Shown: positions 24,968 to 39,088, counted from the stretch's first letter. The stretch: DNA of 64,000 bases from Azolla caroliniana (GCA_043228905.1 JBHGNT010000012.1:10664001-10728000), one strand, 5' to 3'. Notes: generated from the letters alone by a model not told the origin. Program-made: numbers and translations.

Positions 24968-25087
24968 CTCCTACATTCTTCTTCAAAATCTTCATATCTC
25001 ATATTCACTCCTACATTCTTCTTCAAAATCTTCATATCTCATATTCACTCCTACATTCTTCTTCACAATCCTCATATCTCATATTCA
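24968..25087. repeat. 40-bp tandem repeat x3 at the truncated end of the HSP70 pseudogene
   Basis: Unit CTACATTCTTCTTCAAAATCTTCATATCTCATATTCACTC. Confidence 0.9.
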
Positions 25088-25738
25088 ACTTTATATCTCT
25101 CTACTTCTTGAACCATTCTCTCTGTATCATCTATACTCAACCGACCTTTGTCATTCATTAGTGATAGTAATTTTGTTCTTCACACCAGCCGTTTTGTCCT
25201 CTAAAGATACATCAACAATCCCATTTGCATCTATGTCAAAAGAAAAGAAGTTACATTGATCTGTGGGACACCCCTAGGTGCTACACGGGGAATGCCACTG
25301 AGCTCAAATTTTCCCCAGAAGATTGTTGTCTTTTTGTACAACCTTTCTCCCCCTCCTAGACTTGAATGAGCACTCCAGGCTGGTTGTAAGAAAACGTGGT
25401 GAATATTTGTTCTTTCTTGGGATAAGAACGGTCATAACAGCACCAGATGTCTCAAGTCCCAAACTAAGTGGAGTAAGATCAAGATGAAGTAAACGTTTAA
25501 CCTTCTCACCTCCTTCTCCAATCAATATAGCTGCCTGGACATCTGCTCCATAAGCAACAACCTCATCAGGATTGATGCTTTTGCATTTAACCTTTTCCCA
25601 CTGAAGAAATCTTGCAACAATTGTTGAACTTTAGGAATCCTAGTTGATCCTCCCACAAGTACTACTTCATTGATCTCACTTATCAACATGATTTATACAC
25701 TGTCTGAATAGATCCATGCAAAGTTCTTCAAATCGAGC
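25080..25738 (-). pseudogene. HSP70: Cytosolic HSP70 pseudogene fragment; continues at 36473-36540 across the Copia insertion
   Basis: IEIDWLYEGIDFYSAIMR | [68 protein letters not shown], with frameshifts and deletions. Confidence 0.92.
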
Positions 25739-26592
25739 TGTTAGGATGGCACTCGGATCAAATAGTACATTAGTTTAAATAGATGACAATAATATGAAAA
25801 TAAAGGAGCGGTGAAATAAATGACACAAGTATTTACGTGGTTCGGCCAAATTAGCCTATGTCCACAAACAAGAGAGAGATTCCACTATAAGAAAATATAA
25901 CTGAGAGTTTACAACAATTAGAGAAAATATTCTCTAATTAAACCCAACACCCAAGAGAATAACCTCACAATTCTCTCACAAGAATTTTCTCCTACTAGTG
26001 TTTCCCAAACTTTCTAATTCTCTTACATCTCACAAGCTTACAACTCTTGGTGGTCTTCTATTTTGATGCACCTTAAAAGGACTAAGGTTGCCTTTTTATA
26101 GCCTTCACTTCACCGACTTTTTATAGTAATGATGCACGTGGCCTTCATATATTCACCAAGAGTGATGACTTTGCAATTAGTCATCATGCTTTGTGTAGAT
26201 CATGTAGATGAGAGACGTGGCTTTCCATAAACCACACCAATTAATTCAAGTCATTTTAACAAATCTCCATCTTGACTGGAATTTCATAGTAGTCTCGCTC
26301 CACCTTCGCCGGATAACTCAATTATCGGCTACACCAATCAAATTCAAGCAATGCTTGAACTTGATTCTTGGAAGAGGCTTCGTCAACATATCTAAGGGAT
26401 TCTCATGAGTAAAATTTTTTTTCACTAAGATATCACCCCGCGAAATAACATCACGAACAAAGTGAGACTTGATATCGATGTGCTTAGTTCTTTCATGGAA
26501 CATCTGATCTCTAGTCAAATGAATGGCACTTTGATTATCACATAAAATGTCGATCTTGTCCGAACAAGAACTGAGCTCCTCAAGCAAGCCTC

Positions 26593-29500
26593 TGTCAGGA
26601 ACAGTACTAAGACAGAGAAGGAATTAGTACTAAAAGAAGTATTAGTACTAAGAGAGGTGAAGAACTCTCGAGAGAAGGAAAGAGTGTGTGAGGGAGAGAG
26701 AGAGAGATGATAAGAAAAGATATATATTATGTGAAGAGAATGTACAGTAGTAGCTTAGGAGGCTTAAGACTGGCGTTGAACCGATTTGGCTCGAAATAAT
26801 GCCTCGTGCCTCCTTTTATAGTGTTCTAAGGAATACTCCTGAAGTTTCTAGAATGTTCCAAAGAAATCTGGAATATACATCAATTTTCTATAATAAAACA
26901 TAAATGAAAATAATATTCTACGTATTACAATGTATAGTCTGATGGTCAAGAGCTCGACCCATGTAGCATAAGGTCATGGGTTCGAGTCTTGCCATATCAT
27001 GACACTATCCCCCCTTTAAAACGACGAGTGTAACGAGTCGTTTTGGATTGAGGACCCGGTTTGTCTGGATATTGATGATGGAAGTCTTCAAGAAGTGCAC
27101 GAGCATTGGTGACATTCTCTATCGATTCCCAAGTACGCTCACTGGGACTATATCCTAGCCAATCGACTAGATAGTAGAGCTTGTTGCGAACAATCTTGGA
27201 ATCAAGGATGGCGGCAACCTCGTACTCAGGTCCATCTTCAAGCTCGATCGGGGGTGGAGGCTGTGTAATACGTCCTGGAATGGTGCTCTCTTGATAGGGT
27301 TCAAGGAGAGAACTATGAAACACCGGATGTATCCGAAGTTGTGGAGGTAGATCGAGACGAAAAGCGACATCATTAATCTTTCCTATGATACGGAAAGGAC
27401 CTAATCGCTGATAATCCAACTTCTCGCATGGGCGAGTAGTCTTGATGTGTCGTCAGAGTAGCCATACCCGATCTCCAATGTTAAAACTGGATGGGAGTCG
27501 ATGACGATCCGCATAAACCTTGTGTGTTTGCTGAGCTTGTTGGAGATGAGTAGCTAAATCCGCTTGTATCTTACGTAACCGCTCCAAACGATCCTCTGCG
27601 CAAGGATTTGTGGACACCTCTGGGGTTTCAAGTACACACCACCGGGGGTGACATCCGGTATAAGCATAAAATGGCGTAACTTTAGTCGATGCGTGGATAG
27701 AGTTATTATAGGCAAATTCGGCGAAGTGGAGAATATCTGCCCAGTCATCCTGATGATAGCTGAGAAAGCACCGTAGGTACTGCTCCAACGTTTGATTTGT
27801 TCGTTCGGCTTGGTCGTCGGTTTGTGGGTGGTAGCCGGAGGAGAGGTTACAAGTGTCCTTGAGCATTTTAAAAAGGTGCTTCCAGAATTTTGACACGAAC
27901 TGGGGTCCACGGTCACTGACGATACTATCGGGAAGTCCATGATGCCGACATACTTCACGCCTGACAATTTTGGCAGTGTCTTCACTGGAGATTTCCTTAG
28001 TACATGGCAAAAAATGAGCCATCTTCGTATATCGATCTAACACTGTTAGAATCGCATTGAATCCCTTAGAGACTGGAAGATCTGTGATGAAGTCTAGAGC
28101 ATTGGATTGCCACGGCTTGCTTGGAATTGGTAATGGTTCTAATAAACCATATGGATGATGCCTTGGTATTTTCGCTCTGCAGCATGTGTCACAAGTCCGA
28201 ACAAAATCTTCGACAAATTGTCGCATACGGGGCCACCAGAATGATCGTTGTACTAAATCTAATGTTTTAGTACTACCAAAATGCCCAACTGTATATGTGT
28301 CATGACAGTTTTGTACTACTTGAAGGCGGGAAGAACCATTAGGAACATACAAAAGTTCTTTAAAGAAGAGTAATCCATCATGGTATTTGAATTGCCGATA
28401 GTCCGTACCTGGTGGTTGCGACTGTGAACACGACGCTCGAGAGGGATCAATTTGTGCTAGTATAGCTTCGGCGAAAGCATCTGTCTTCAGGTCCGCATGT
28501 ATGATATCGATAACGTGGGAATCCATGGGCATGCCAAAGACCTGTGTTGCTTGTAGTCGTGCCGGTCCCAAGATTACTTGCTTTTGGTTATCGAAAGCTG
28601 GCTCGCCGGGACGCGGTGCTAGGTACGAACGCCGTGATAATGCATCTGCTTTCCCTTGATGTTTCCCAGGTCGATATGTAATCTTGAAGTCGAAACGCGT
28701 GAGAAAATGGGCCCACCGAGCTTGACGTCGATTTAACACACGAGCGTCTTGAAAATAGGCGAGGTTTTTGTGGTCACTGAATACAGTGACTTGATGAGAA
28801 GATCCCTCTAGAAAATGCCTCCATTGCATAAAAGAGTCCACTATAGCCAATAGCTCTTTATCATGAATTTCGTAGTTGATTTCGGCGGCGTCAAACTTGC
28901 GTGAGTGAAAAGCCACAGGATGTAGCTTTTCATCATTACCTCGTTGTGATAGAATGCTTCCCAATGCAAAATCCGATGCGTTCACTTCGATGATGAATGG
29001 TTTTTCTGGATCAACGTGAGCTAGAATCGGAGCCGATGTAAATGCCTGTTTAAGATTCTCAAAAGCCATGTCCGCTTCTTCAGACCAAACGAACGATTGT
29101 CCCTTCCTAGTAAGTTGTGTAAGAGGCAAAACGAGCTTTGAGTAATCCTTTATAAACTTCCGGTAAAAATTGGCAAAGCCTAGAAAGCATTGCACATCCC
29201 GCACCGAACGCGGAGTCTGCCATTCTACCACCGTTTTGACCTTAGCTGGGTCCATGGAGATGCCTTCTGAGGAAATGACATAGCCGAGAAATTCCACCTG
29301 GTTGCACCCGAAACTACATTTTTCCAGCTTTGCATAGAGACCATGTTCTCGAAGTCGTTTTAGTACTAATAGTACATGAGAATCATGCTCTTCTTGGGTC
29401 TTCGAGTAAACCAGTAGATCATCCAAATAGATGATTAGACACACATCCAAGAGATCTCAGAAAATATCATTTGCCATGTGCTGGAAGACTGCTGGCGCAT

Positions 29501-32227
29501 TAGTGAGGCCGACCGACATGACCGTATACTCGAAGTGCCCATATCTGGTGCGGAACGCGGTCTTCCATTCATCTCCTGGTTGGATCCGTACGAGGTTATA
29601 GGCTCCCGTAAGTCGATCTTCATGAAGAACCTGGCACCATTGATCTATTCTAAAAGACTTGAGATAAGGGGGAGTGCATACCTATTTCGGATTGTAACCT
29701 TATTCAAGCCACGGTAATCTACAACGAGCCGAAGTGAGCCATCCTTTTTCTTGACGAAGAAAATGGGTGCGCCGGCTGGAGATTTCGAATGTCGTATGAA
29801 ACCATTCTCCAAATTCTCCTCTATATAGGCTCGAAGGACTTCCAGTTCGGTTGGTGACAAATTGTAGATCGGTCCCCAAGGTGGCTCTTTCCCCAGTTGT
29901 AAATCGATGGGGCAATCATATGGTCGATGGTGAGGAAGCGTAATGGCTTGTACTTTATCAAACAAATCGGCATACTGATGATACTTCTCTGGAAGTTGAA
30001 CGGTGGAATCCTCTTTAGTGGTGCTGGAGGGGTTTACTGATATTGCGAAGAGGAACATTTCTTCCTTGCATCCTTCCTCACGCAACTGATGTAGTGAAAT
30101 CGTTGCAATCTCATGAGTAGAACCTCGGGCTTTTCGATGCCGGATTTCTCTTGTCCGCCAATCTATGTCTGGGTTATGTAATTCGAACCATGGTAATCCT
30201 AAGACAATGGGGTGTTCTGGGATGCTAATTATATCAAATGATATGACACATGTTAGATTATCTAGGACAACATTAACGGGTTCTAACTCTTCTATGATAT
30301 TTCCTGAGGCAATGGGACGACCATCGACGACTACTACAAGGGCAGGACGCGGGAGTTTTCTGAGAGATATCTGATGAGCTTGGGCAAATTTCCTATCCAT
30401 GAAGCAAGAATTAGCTCCGGAATCTAGAAGTGCTAAGACATGTACTGGAGGAGTACTTTTAGTACTAACTGTTACTTGGGCTACGAACACATTGCTAACT
30501 TGCTTAAAGGGAATGGAACCACTAATGGGCTGCACAGATCTAGGGCTGTCCAACCAAACGACTCCTATTTTGGTTGGACTTAGTCGTTTAACTCTTCTTC
30601 TAACTGACTAAGGACATCAAATTTGTTCGCTAGATTTGGGCTATTAGTACTATTAGGGCTATCAGATATCCCTACTGAAATAGACTCGGGTTTAGTACAA
30701 TTAGAACTAGCAACTATTTGGTTTACCTGCCTTCTTGGCCTATGGGGACGGTTTACCGCGATATGCCCTGGTCCACCGCAATAAAGACATAGTCGGTTTG
30801 CTCGGCGTCATTGCTTTTCTTCTTCCGATAGCGGTCCACAACGACGTGTGGTGTCAATTTCCATTGGAGTTGGAGTACTTGCTGGAGGCACATTATATGA
30901 CTCCCTCGGAAAAGGTTTCGCTACCACTGAGGCATAGGTAGGCTCTGATCTTGCCCTCGGAATCTGGAATTGTCGTTCCGAACGTCGTTCGAAGAGGCGG
31001 TTGTCGCATCTCACCGCGCGACTAATTGCTTCTGTTAATGACTTTGGCTCTTCGGGGAAGGTCAAGAGTAAATCCTTGACATCGTTGCGTAAGCCATAAC
31101 GGAATTGCTCCATCAATGCGTGATCATCCCAAGGGATATCGGCAGCGAGTAGGCAGAAATCTGCAGCGTATGCGGAAGCTGGACGATCACCTTGGCGTAA
31201 TCGCCGGATTTTGTTGATTGCAGTCCTTATGCTGTCAGTATCTCCAAAATAGGCCTTAAACTCACTTATAAATTCTTCAAAACTGTTTAACAATGGAGAA
31301 TTCTTTTCCAACAATGGAGCAAACCATGCTAACGTTGAGCCACTAAGGAGAGTGCCTACTAGTCCCACTCGTGATGCATCGGTGGGATATCGAGAAGGAT
31401 GCATTTGTATCACTAAACGTACCTGATTCAAAAACCCTCTAAACTGTGATCGGGTCCCATCAAATTTTGCAGGAAGACCGATCTTGGGTTCTTTGTGAAT
31501 CCCTTGAGTGCTTGATCCCAGTTGTTGTAATGATATGATAGTCGCTTTGAGTTGTTGTACACGTAGTGTCAGCTCCCCGTGTTGTTGTGGTTTTTCCAGC
31601 GCTATTTGTTGAAGATCCCCCAACAAGCGATGATTTTCTTGTTCTAGTGCTACAAATTTCTCTTTTAAGCACTGGAGCTCCGAGAAAACAGATTGGTATT
31701 CCTGAGCGCTAACAATTTCCATTTTACTAGGGTGGATAAGAGGATTAATAAGAAGATAAAAGGAACAGGAGGAAAGGAAGAGGAGGAAAGGAAGATCGAC
31801 CAAATCGGTCCAAACTGTCAGGAACAGTACTAAGACAGAGAAGAAATTAGTACTAAAAGAAGTATTAGTACTAAGAGAGGTGAAGAACTCTCGAGAGAAG
31901 GAAAGAGTGAGTGAGGGAGAGAGAGAGAGATGATAAGAAAAGATATATATTATGTGAAGAGAATGTACAGTAGTAGCTTAGGAGGCTTAAGACTGGCGTT
32001 GAACCGATTTGGTTCGAAATAATGTCTCGTGCCTCCTTTTATAGTGTTCTAAGGAATACTCCTGAAGTTTCTAGAATGTTCCAGAGAAATATGGAATATA
32101 CATCAATTTTCTATAATAAAACATAAATGAAAATAATATTCTACGTATTACAATGTATTGTCTGATGGTCAAGAGCTCGACCCATGTAGCATAAGGTCAT
32201 GGGTTCGAGTCTTGCCATATCATGACA
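26593..32227 (-). mobile_element. Ty3/gypsy chromovirus (Tcn1-like) copy 2, a related subfamily. LTRs 26593-27004 and 31816-32227, TSD GCCTC
   Basis: LTR pair; TSD 26588-26592 and 32228-32232; gag ~30580-31722; pol ~26997-30592 with chromodomain; few frameshifts. Confidence 0.97.
30548..30592 (-). other. Putative -1 ribosomal frameshift signal between gag and pol (homolog 16523-16567)
   Basis: G_TTA_AAC, 6-nt spacer, 11-bp stem GTCCAACCAAA/TTTGGTTGGAC; the -1 frame is continuous with the protease. Confidence 0.8.
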
Positions 32228-35200
32228 GCCTCTTAACCAAATCCCTTCTTTAATCACCTCTGTCACTACAATGTACTCTGCCTCTGTCGTTGATAATGCA
32301 ACCACGGGTTGCAACGAAGCTTTCCAACTAACTGCACTTCCACCTAGAGTGAATACATACCCTGTGAATGATCTTCTTTTATCAAGATCACCGGCTTAGT
32401 CAGAGTCAACATAGCCAACTAGAGAACTGCTACTCCTGCCAAACTCCAGACAAGCGTTTGAAGTCCCACGCAAATATCTTAAAATCCATTTCACTGCATT
32501 CCAGTGTGATTTTCCAGGACAAGCCATATATCTGTTGACCACACTCACAGCATGTGAAATATCTGGACGCGTACAAACCATAGCATACATCATGCTATCA
32601 ACTGCACTGGAGTAGGGAACTCTTGCCATGTATCTCTTTTCATTATTTGACTTTGGCGATAAAGAAGTTGATAACTTAAAATGCGTTGCAAACGGAGTCG
32701 ATATTGATTGAACATTTTTCATACCAAACCTCTCCAACACTTTCTCTATATAACTCTTTTGAGTTAAATACAACTTTCCACCATTACGATCTCTTTTGAT
32801 TTCCATGCCAAGGATCTTTTCTATTGCACCAAGATCCTTCATCTCGAACACTCTGTTCAACTATTTCTTTATTTCTTCAATATCCGACATATTTTTAGCT
32901 GCAATCAACATGTCATCAACATAAAGAAGCAAATAGATCAATGAACCATCATGAGTCTTCCTGAAATAAACAAAGTTGTCATAATTGCTTCTTGAGTATC
33001 CGCTGCCAACCACAAAGGAATCAAATCACTTGTACCATTGTCTTGAAGACTGTTTTAAACTGTACAACGATTTCTTCAACAGGCAAATATGATCTTCTTT
33101 TCCTTCAACAACAAACCCTTCTGGTTATTGTATGTCAATATCTTCATCAAGTTCACCATGCAGAAATGCGGTTTTTACATCAAGTTGTTCTAACTTCAAA
33201 TCATGCATAGCAACTAATGCAAGCAAGACACGAATAGAACTATGTTTCACAACAGGTGAGAAAATATCATTAAAATCTACAGCTGGTACCTGACTGTAGC
33301 CTTTAGCTACTAACCGTGCCCTGTACCTTGCTTTCTCCAGTCCAGGAGTTCCTTCCTTTATGTTGAAGATCCATTTACAGCCAACAATCCTTTGTCTAGC
33401 TGGTGGCTTCACAAGTACTTAAGTGTCGTTTTTATAAAGAGACTCAATTTCTTCTTGCATAGAAATCAACCACTTGGTGGAATCAACAGAGGAAACAGCT
33501 TCAGAGTAAGAACCTGGCTCACCAATAGAATTTGTTTCTTCTCCAACTGATAAAGCATATGCAACAAAATCAGCATATCTCTGTGGTGGTCTAATTTCTC
33601 TTCTTGGTCTATTTCTTGCAATACTTTGTTCTTCCTCAGGAGGGACTTCTTCTACGACATCAGGCTCCTCTTCTACAGGTTCAAGAGCAGGTGTTTCAGC
33701 CATCACTGGTGGACTTGGAACTTCAAGCTCCACCTGCTTCGATGTATCAGAAGAAACCATAGGCTCCTTTCTAGGATTCAGTAGAGCAGATTCATTAAAA
33801 GTAACATCTCTACTAATTGCAAATTTAGGTGACTTAGGACCAGGACACCACAACCTATATCCTTTCACCCTAGAAGCATAACCAAGAAAAATATATTTTC
33901 TAGCTCGAGGCTCCAATTTTCCTTCACTAACATGCATATAAGCAGGACATCCAAATATTCTCAAATTTGAATAATCAATAGGTTTACCGGACCATACCTC
34001 TTCAGGAGTTTTGAACTCAATCGCCATTGACGGTGAACGATTCACCAGGAAACATGTCGTGGAAACTACTTCAGCCCAAAAGTCTTTGGACAACCCAACA
34101 TTGGAAAGCATACAACGAGCCCTCTCCAAAAGAGTTCTGTTCATGCGCTCAGCTACGCCATTTTGCTGCAGTGTTTTAACTACTGTGTGATGTCTGGAAA
34201 TTCCTTCAGCCTCACAAAACCTATTAAAATCTCCTCCGTAGAATTCCAAACCATTATCAGTTCAAAATATTCTAATCTGCTTTCCCGTCTGCTTCTCGAT
34301 CATAATTTTCCACTTCTTGAAAGTATCAAACACATCACTTTTGTGTTTAAGTAAATAAACCCAAAATTTTCTTGAAAAACCATTAATAAAAGTCAAAAGA
34401 TATCGAGCTCCTCCTTTTGATAGAACTGGTGTTGGTCCCCACAAATCAGAGTGAATATAATCCAAAGAACCTCTAGTCTTATGGATTCCAGTGCCAAAGT
34501 TGAGTCTCTTTTGCTTTCCAAATACATAGTGCTCACAAAATCCATCTTTCCTATACTTTGGCCACAAAGTAGTCCTTGTTTGCTCAACAAGGTTAAACCT
34601 TTCTTGTTCATATGCCCGAGCCTTATATGCCATAACTACGTAACATTAGAGTCTGACATAGACGATGAAGAAACTTCTGCAGAACCCATCACTATCGAGC
34701 CATGTAATATGTACAAGCTTCCTACTTTTCTAGCCTTCATCACAACCAACGCACCTTTGCTAACTTTTAATACTCCACCTTCAGCTAAGAACTTGCACCC
34801 GTTGGCGTCGAGGGTGCCCAATGAGAGGAGATTCTTCTTCAGATCAGGAACATGCCTCACATTAGTCAATGTTCTGACAATCCCATCAGCCATCCAGATT
34901 CGTATTATTCCTATTCCAATAGTTTTTCAAGGATCATTATTCGCCATCAAAACTACTCCTCCATCAATAGGCTTGTATGATGAAAACCAGTCCTGATTGG
35001 GACACATATGATAAGAACAACCAATATCCATAATCCACTCATCGTTCAACTTGATTGGCTTTTTCGTCACAAGGAGCACATCAACATCGCCTCCTACTTC
35101 AGCAACAATAGCCTTACCTGAATCCTCCTTTCGATCTTGTGGAGTATTCTTTTTCCTTTGCAACGTATCACAATTCTTGCGAACGTGCCCTGGTTCCTTA

Positions 35201-36572
35201 CAGTGCCAACACACAACAGATCTACTTCTGGATTTAGATCTAGATTTAGGCCTGTCTCTATTGTTCCCTTTTTGTTTAGATCTACCCCTTACATATAAAC
35301 CTTGTGCCTGACTATCACTTGTTTGTCCAGTGATATCATGATCAATCTTTTCTTTAGTTTCCAAAGAAAATTTGACATCTTTTAGAGAAATAGTATTCTT
35401 CCTGTACAACATAGTTTCTCTAAAATGTCTATATGAATGGGGTAACGAACACAACAACAACAATGCCTTATCTTCATCATCAATGGTAACATCGAGATTT
35501 TGCAAATCCATGATAATAGATTCAAACTCATCAATATGAGAAATGAGAGATGTGCCTTCACTCGTTCGTAGTGAATACAAGCACTGTTTCTTATAAAGCT
35601 TGTTCGTTAGAGTCTTTTTCAGATAGAGAGACTCCAAATTTTCCCATAGTGCCTTCGCTGTCTTCTCAGAGATTACCTCCCGCAAAACTTCATTTGCCAA
35701 AGATAGTCGAATCGCTGAGCGGGCTTCTTGTCTATCTCCTCCCACCTGGTGTCCGTCATATCGTTGGGCCTTACATCTTAAGCCTTCTGAACTCCGTTCT
35801 GCACAAGGATCGTGCACATTCTTACTTGCCAAAGAGAGAAGTTGATTTTTCGATCAAACTTCTCGACATCAAATTTTGTCGTCGACATCTTGACTTAACA
35901 AGATAATACCAAAACTAATGTACTAACAACCAACGCTCTGATACCAGTTTGTTAGGATGGCACTCGGATCAAATAGTACATTAGTTTAAATAGATGACAA
36001 TAATATGATAATATAGGAGCGGAGAAATAAATGACACAAGTATTTACGTGGTTCGGCCAAATTAGCCTACGTCCACAGACAAGAGAGAGATTCCACTATA
36101 AGAAAATATAACTGAGAGTTTACAACAATTAGAGAAAATATTCTCTAATTAAACCCAACACCCAAGAGAATAACCTCACAATTCTCTCACAAGAATTTTC
36201 TCCTACTAGTGTTTCCCAAACTTTCTAATTCTCTTACATCTCACAAGCTTACAACTCTTGGTGGTCTTCTATTTTGATGCACCTTAAAAGGACTAAGGTT
36301 GCCTTTTTATAGCCTTCACTTCACCGACTTTTTATAGTAATGATGCACGTGGCCTTCATATATTCACCAAGAGTGATGACTTTGCAATTAGTCATCATGC
36401 TTTGTGTAGATCATGCAGATGAGAGACGTGGCTTTCCATAAACCACACCAATTAATTCAAGTCATTTTAACACAACCTCTCATGATGGCAGAGTAGAAAT
36501 CGATGCCCTCGTACAACCAATCTATTTCAATAGATTGTTCTGGTCGACTCCACCCCCCCCCCCCCAATTACA

Positions 36573-36909
36573 GGAGTGAAGGGGGAGTTTGTTATGTATG
36601 CATGTCCCTCTTGATGGGGGAAGACGGCCGTAAATCGGCCAGGACAGATATATTTTCATGACATTGCACTATTAGCCCCAACCACTTGTGTTGATTTACC
36701 TCTTCCCTAAACATGTGAAGCTCTATAGACACACTTACCTAGCATACAAATCTTACATTCATGATTTATAGACTCCAGGTTCACCTTGCTTCCAACTCGT
36801 GGCTTGTAAAAATAGTTAAGACCATCATTTCATTACTCCCAAACATACCATTTTCACATAATTCAGCATTTACTGTATACATCATTAACAATTGTAATTG
36901 GTATCAGAG
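36573..36909 (+). mobile_element. Copia remnant: PPT, ~300-bp putative LTR (36590-36890), iMet PBS-like motif
   Basis: GGAGTGAAGGGGGAGTT-TGTTA...TAACA, then TGGTATCAGAG at 36899-36909. Confidence 0.55.
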
Positions 36910-37405
36910 AAGTGGAAAGCAAGACAAAAGAGTATATTTTATATTAGAAAACCAAATGCTCTACTTTCTGTCTTGTAGCTACCATAGTGAATAAGGAGGA
37001 AGGAGATTGATTGGTATGGTTAGCATGTGGATTCGTGGAATGTTAAGTACCCGTAACACGCACGCTTATCTACATGATATGGACTTTGAGAAAGAACATA
37101 ATAGTGGTAATGAAAAGGTCGAAATGCTGGGGATTCTTTCATTTCATCCTCCTTACTGGTCCGCTCCTTTTAGGATCACCACCATTCGTGCAAAATTGAC
37201 AATTTCTTCCTCCACATGCTCCTAATATTCTCCAAGATCTATTTGGCCCATAGCATCCTATTTCCAATCCCTATGATACATTCAATGACAAGCAATTGTT
37301 GAGTTTTAGCAAGCATATTAAGAAAGAAGAACAAGAAATGACCCTAGTTCTGGAAATTGATGTGTACACAATGCAATGTGGCGAGTGCCTTGCCTTGTAC
37401 GTTTG

Positions 37406-39088
37406 CTATGCAATGGCCTTTTTCCTGGGTACAACAACAAGGAGAGGATGAAGCCGACGACAAGCAACTATACATTGGTCAGACATGTCCAAGGCAGTTT
37501 GGGCAGGAGGGAGCAGGAGCTTCCAATCATCATGGAACGCATGAACTAGGTTTGCGAGCGTCAGCTCCACAATAGGCAATGCAAGGTTCATACCGGGACA
37601 CATCCTTCTCCCCGAACCGAATGGGAGCACATCGAAATGTTTGCCTTTCACATCGATAGAGCGATAAGCATCTTGTAGGAAGCGGTCGGGTACAAAGCTG
37701 TGGGGATCATCCTTCCATACCTGTGGATCGCGGCCGATGGCCCACACATTAAGGATGAGCTTTGTGCCTTTGGGGATCACATAACCTGCCACATCTTTGC
37801 AGGCATCAAGAGACAAGCGTGGGATCATCAATGGTGCAGGAGGGTGCAACCGGAATGTTTCCTTCACCACAGCCCTCAGGTATGGCAGGCGTGGGATGTC
37901 TGATACCTCTACTACATCTCCTTCTCGCCCAACCACCGTATTCAGCTCATCTCCAAGCTTTCCCATGACACTTGGATTTGACAAAAGTTCGGCCATCCCC
38001 CAATCTATGGCCGTGCTTGTTGACTGAATCCCCGCAAAGAACAGCTCCTGCACTAGCAGTTACAGCCATACGATAAGATGTGAGATGTGTAACTCACATG
38101 ATACAATCTATAACTTCGCTTCCAGTTAGTTGCTGGTGAACTAACGTTTCACTTAGGGATTGTGACTCACCATTAAGAGGGTTTTGATGAGCCCTCTGCT
38201 AAGCTTGTTTTCCGGTAACATCAATATGTCTAGCATATCTCCACTACATTCTTCCTTGCCCAACAGATCCTTCTCCACCCGTTCGTTGATGATGCGCTCC
38301 ATGAAATCATCAAACCAACATTTCCATTTCTTCATGGAAGCCTTTGTGTTATAATCGAGAAGCCGAAGGAAGGGTGAGAATTCACTGATGAGGGGAGCAC
38401 CAACTAGCTTCTCGAATTCGTGAAGGCCTAGTGTGAAGCTCGAACGTGCCATTGCTTTTGTGGTAGACTTGTTGACGAAACTTTCGGGCCGTCGACTCAT
38501 GACGGTACGGCATATGATGTCCTCTACGAGATTCTGAATGCAAGCGGTGAGATCAATGGCATCCCCAGCATTGCTGGCAGGGATGAGCCGATTCTCGATT
38601 AGGCGACGAATCTCATGGGAGATGATTTCAGATTGGAACTCTTCAATCCGTCGTGGGGAGAATAGATGGTGGATGTACAGCTTCCGCATCTCTTGCCATT
38701 CATTGCCATAAGGGAGGAAAGCCACCATCTTGTCTCCATACTTGTCGCCGACTAGGAGCCTCATGTTGGGGAGGGGAGGTCGGCTTGCAAATGTCTTGTC
38801 GTGTGTGTGAAGGATAATGCGAGCAAGGGATGAGCTCGAGACAACTATCACAGGTTTGGAACCAAGTTGAATGCAGAATATGGGCCCATATTTCTTCGCA
38901 AGGCTAGCGAAGTATCGATGCTGAGCTGCACCCGCGATCATGAGGTGTGGAAGGTTGCCAAGAATGGGAAAAGGACAAGGACCTGGGGGCAGGGTACTGG
39001 ATCTCATCCTCCTCACCCATTCATGCCCTGCCCATAACACAGCTAGAGTCACTAAACAAGCTATGCAGATGTACACCAATGTCTCCAT
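37406..39088 (-). CDS. Cytochrome P450, CYP71 clan (A-type), 519 aa; exons 39088-38171 and 38047-37406
   Basis: N-terminal anchor, LPPGP, phase-0 GT-AG intron at the conserved position before the I-helix, KETFR, WAIGRDP, PDRF, FGSGRRMCPG. Confidence 0.95.

Larger units (their letters stand above)
25739..36472 (-). mobile_element. Ty1/copia, Tork/Tnt1-like, full length but degenerate. LTRs 25739-26261 and 35950-36472; PBS tRNA-iMet 35935-35946; polyprotein 35888->26318 split by chromovirus copy 2
   Basis: ~523-bp near-identical LTRs (TGTTA..TAACA); TGGTATCAGAGC; gag KFDVEKFD, CWHCKEPGHVRKNC; IN QQNGVAERMNRTL; RT ARLVAKGY/LLYVDD; RH CDNQSAI; degenerate TSD CGAGC/CAACC. Confidence 0.96.

Noticed and set aside
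25734-36477. Mismatched TSD (CGAGC/CAACC), and a nested element whose LTRs look as diverged as its host's
   Set aside because: The HSP70 frame is continuous across the site, and the handful of LTR differences is within sampling noise
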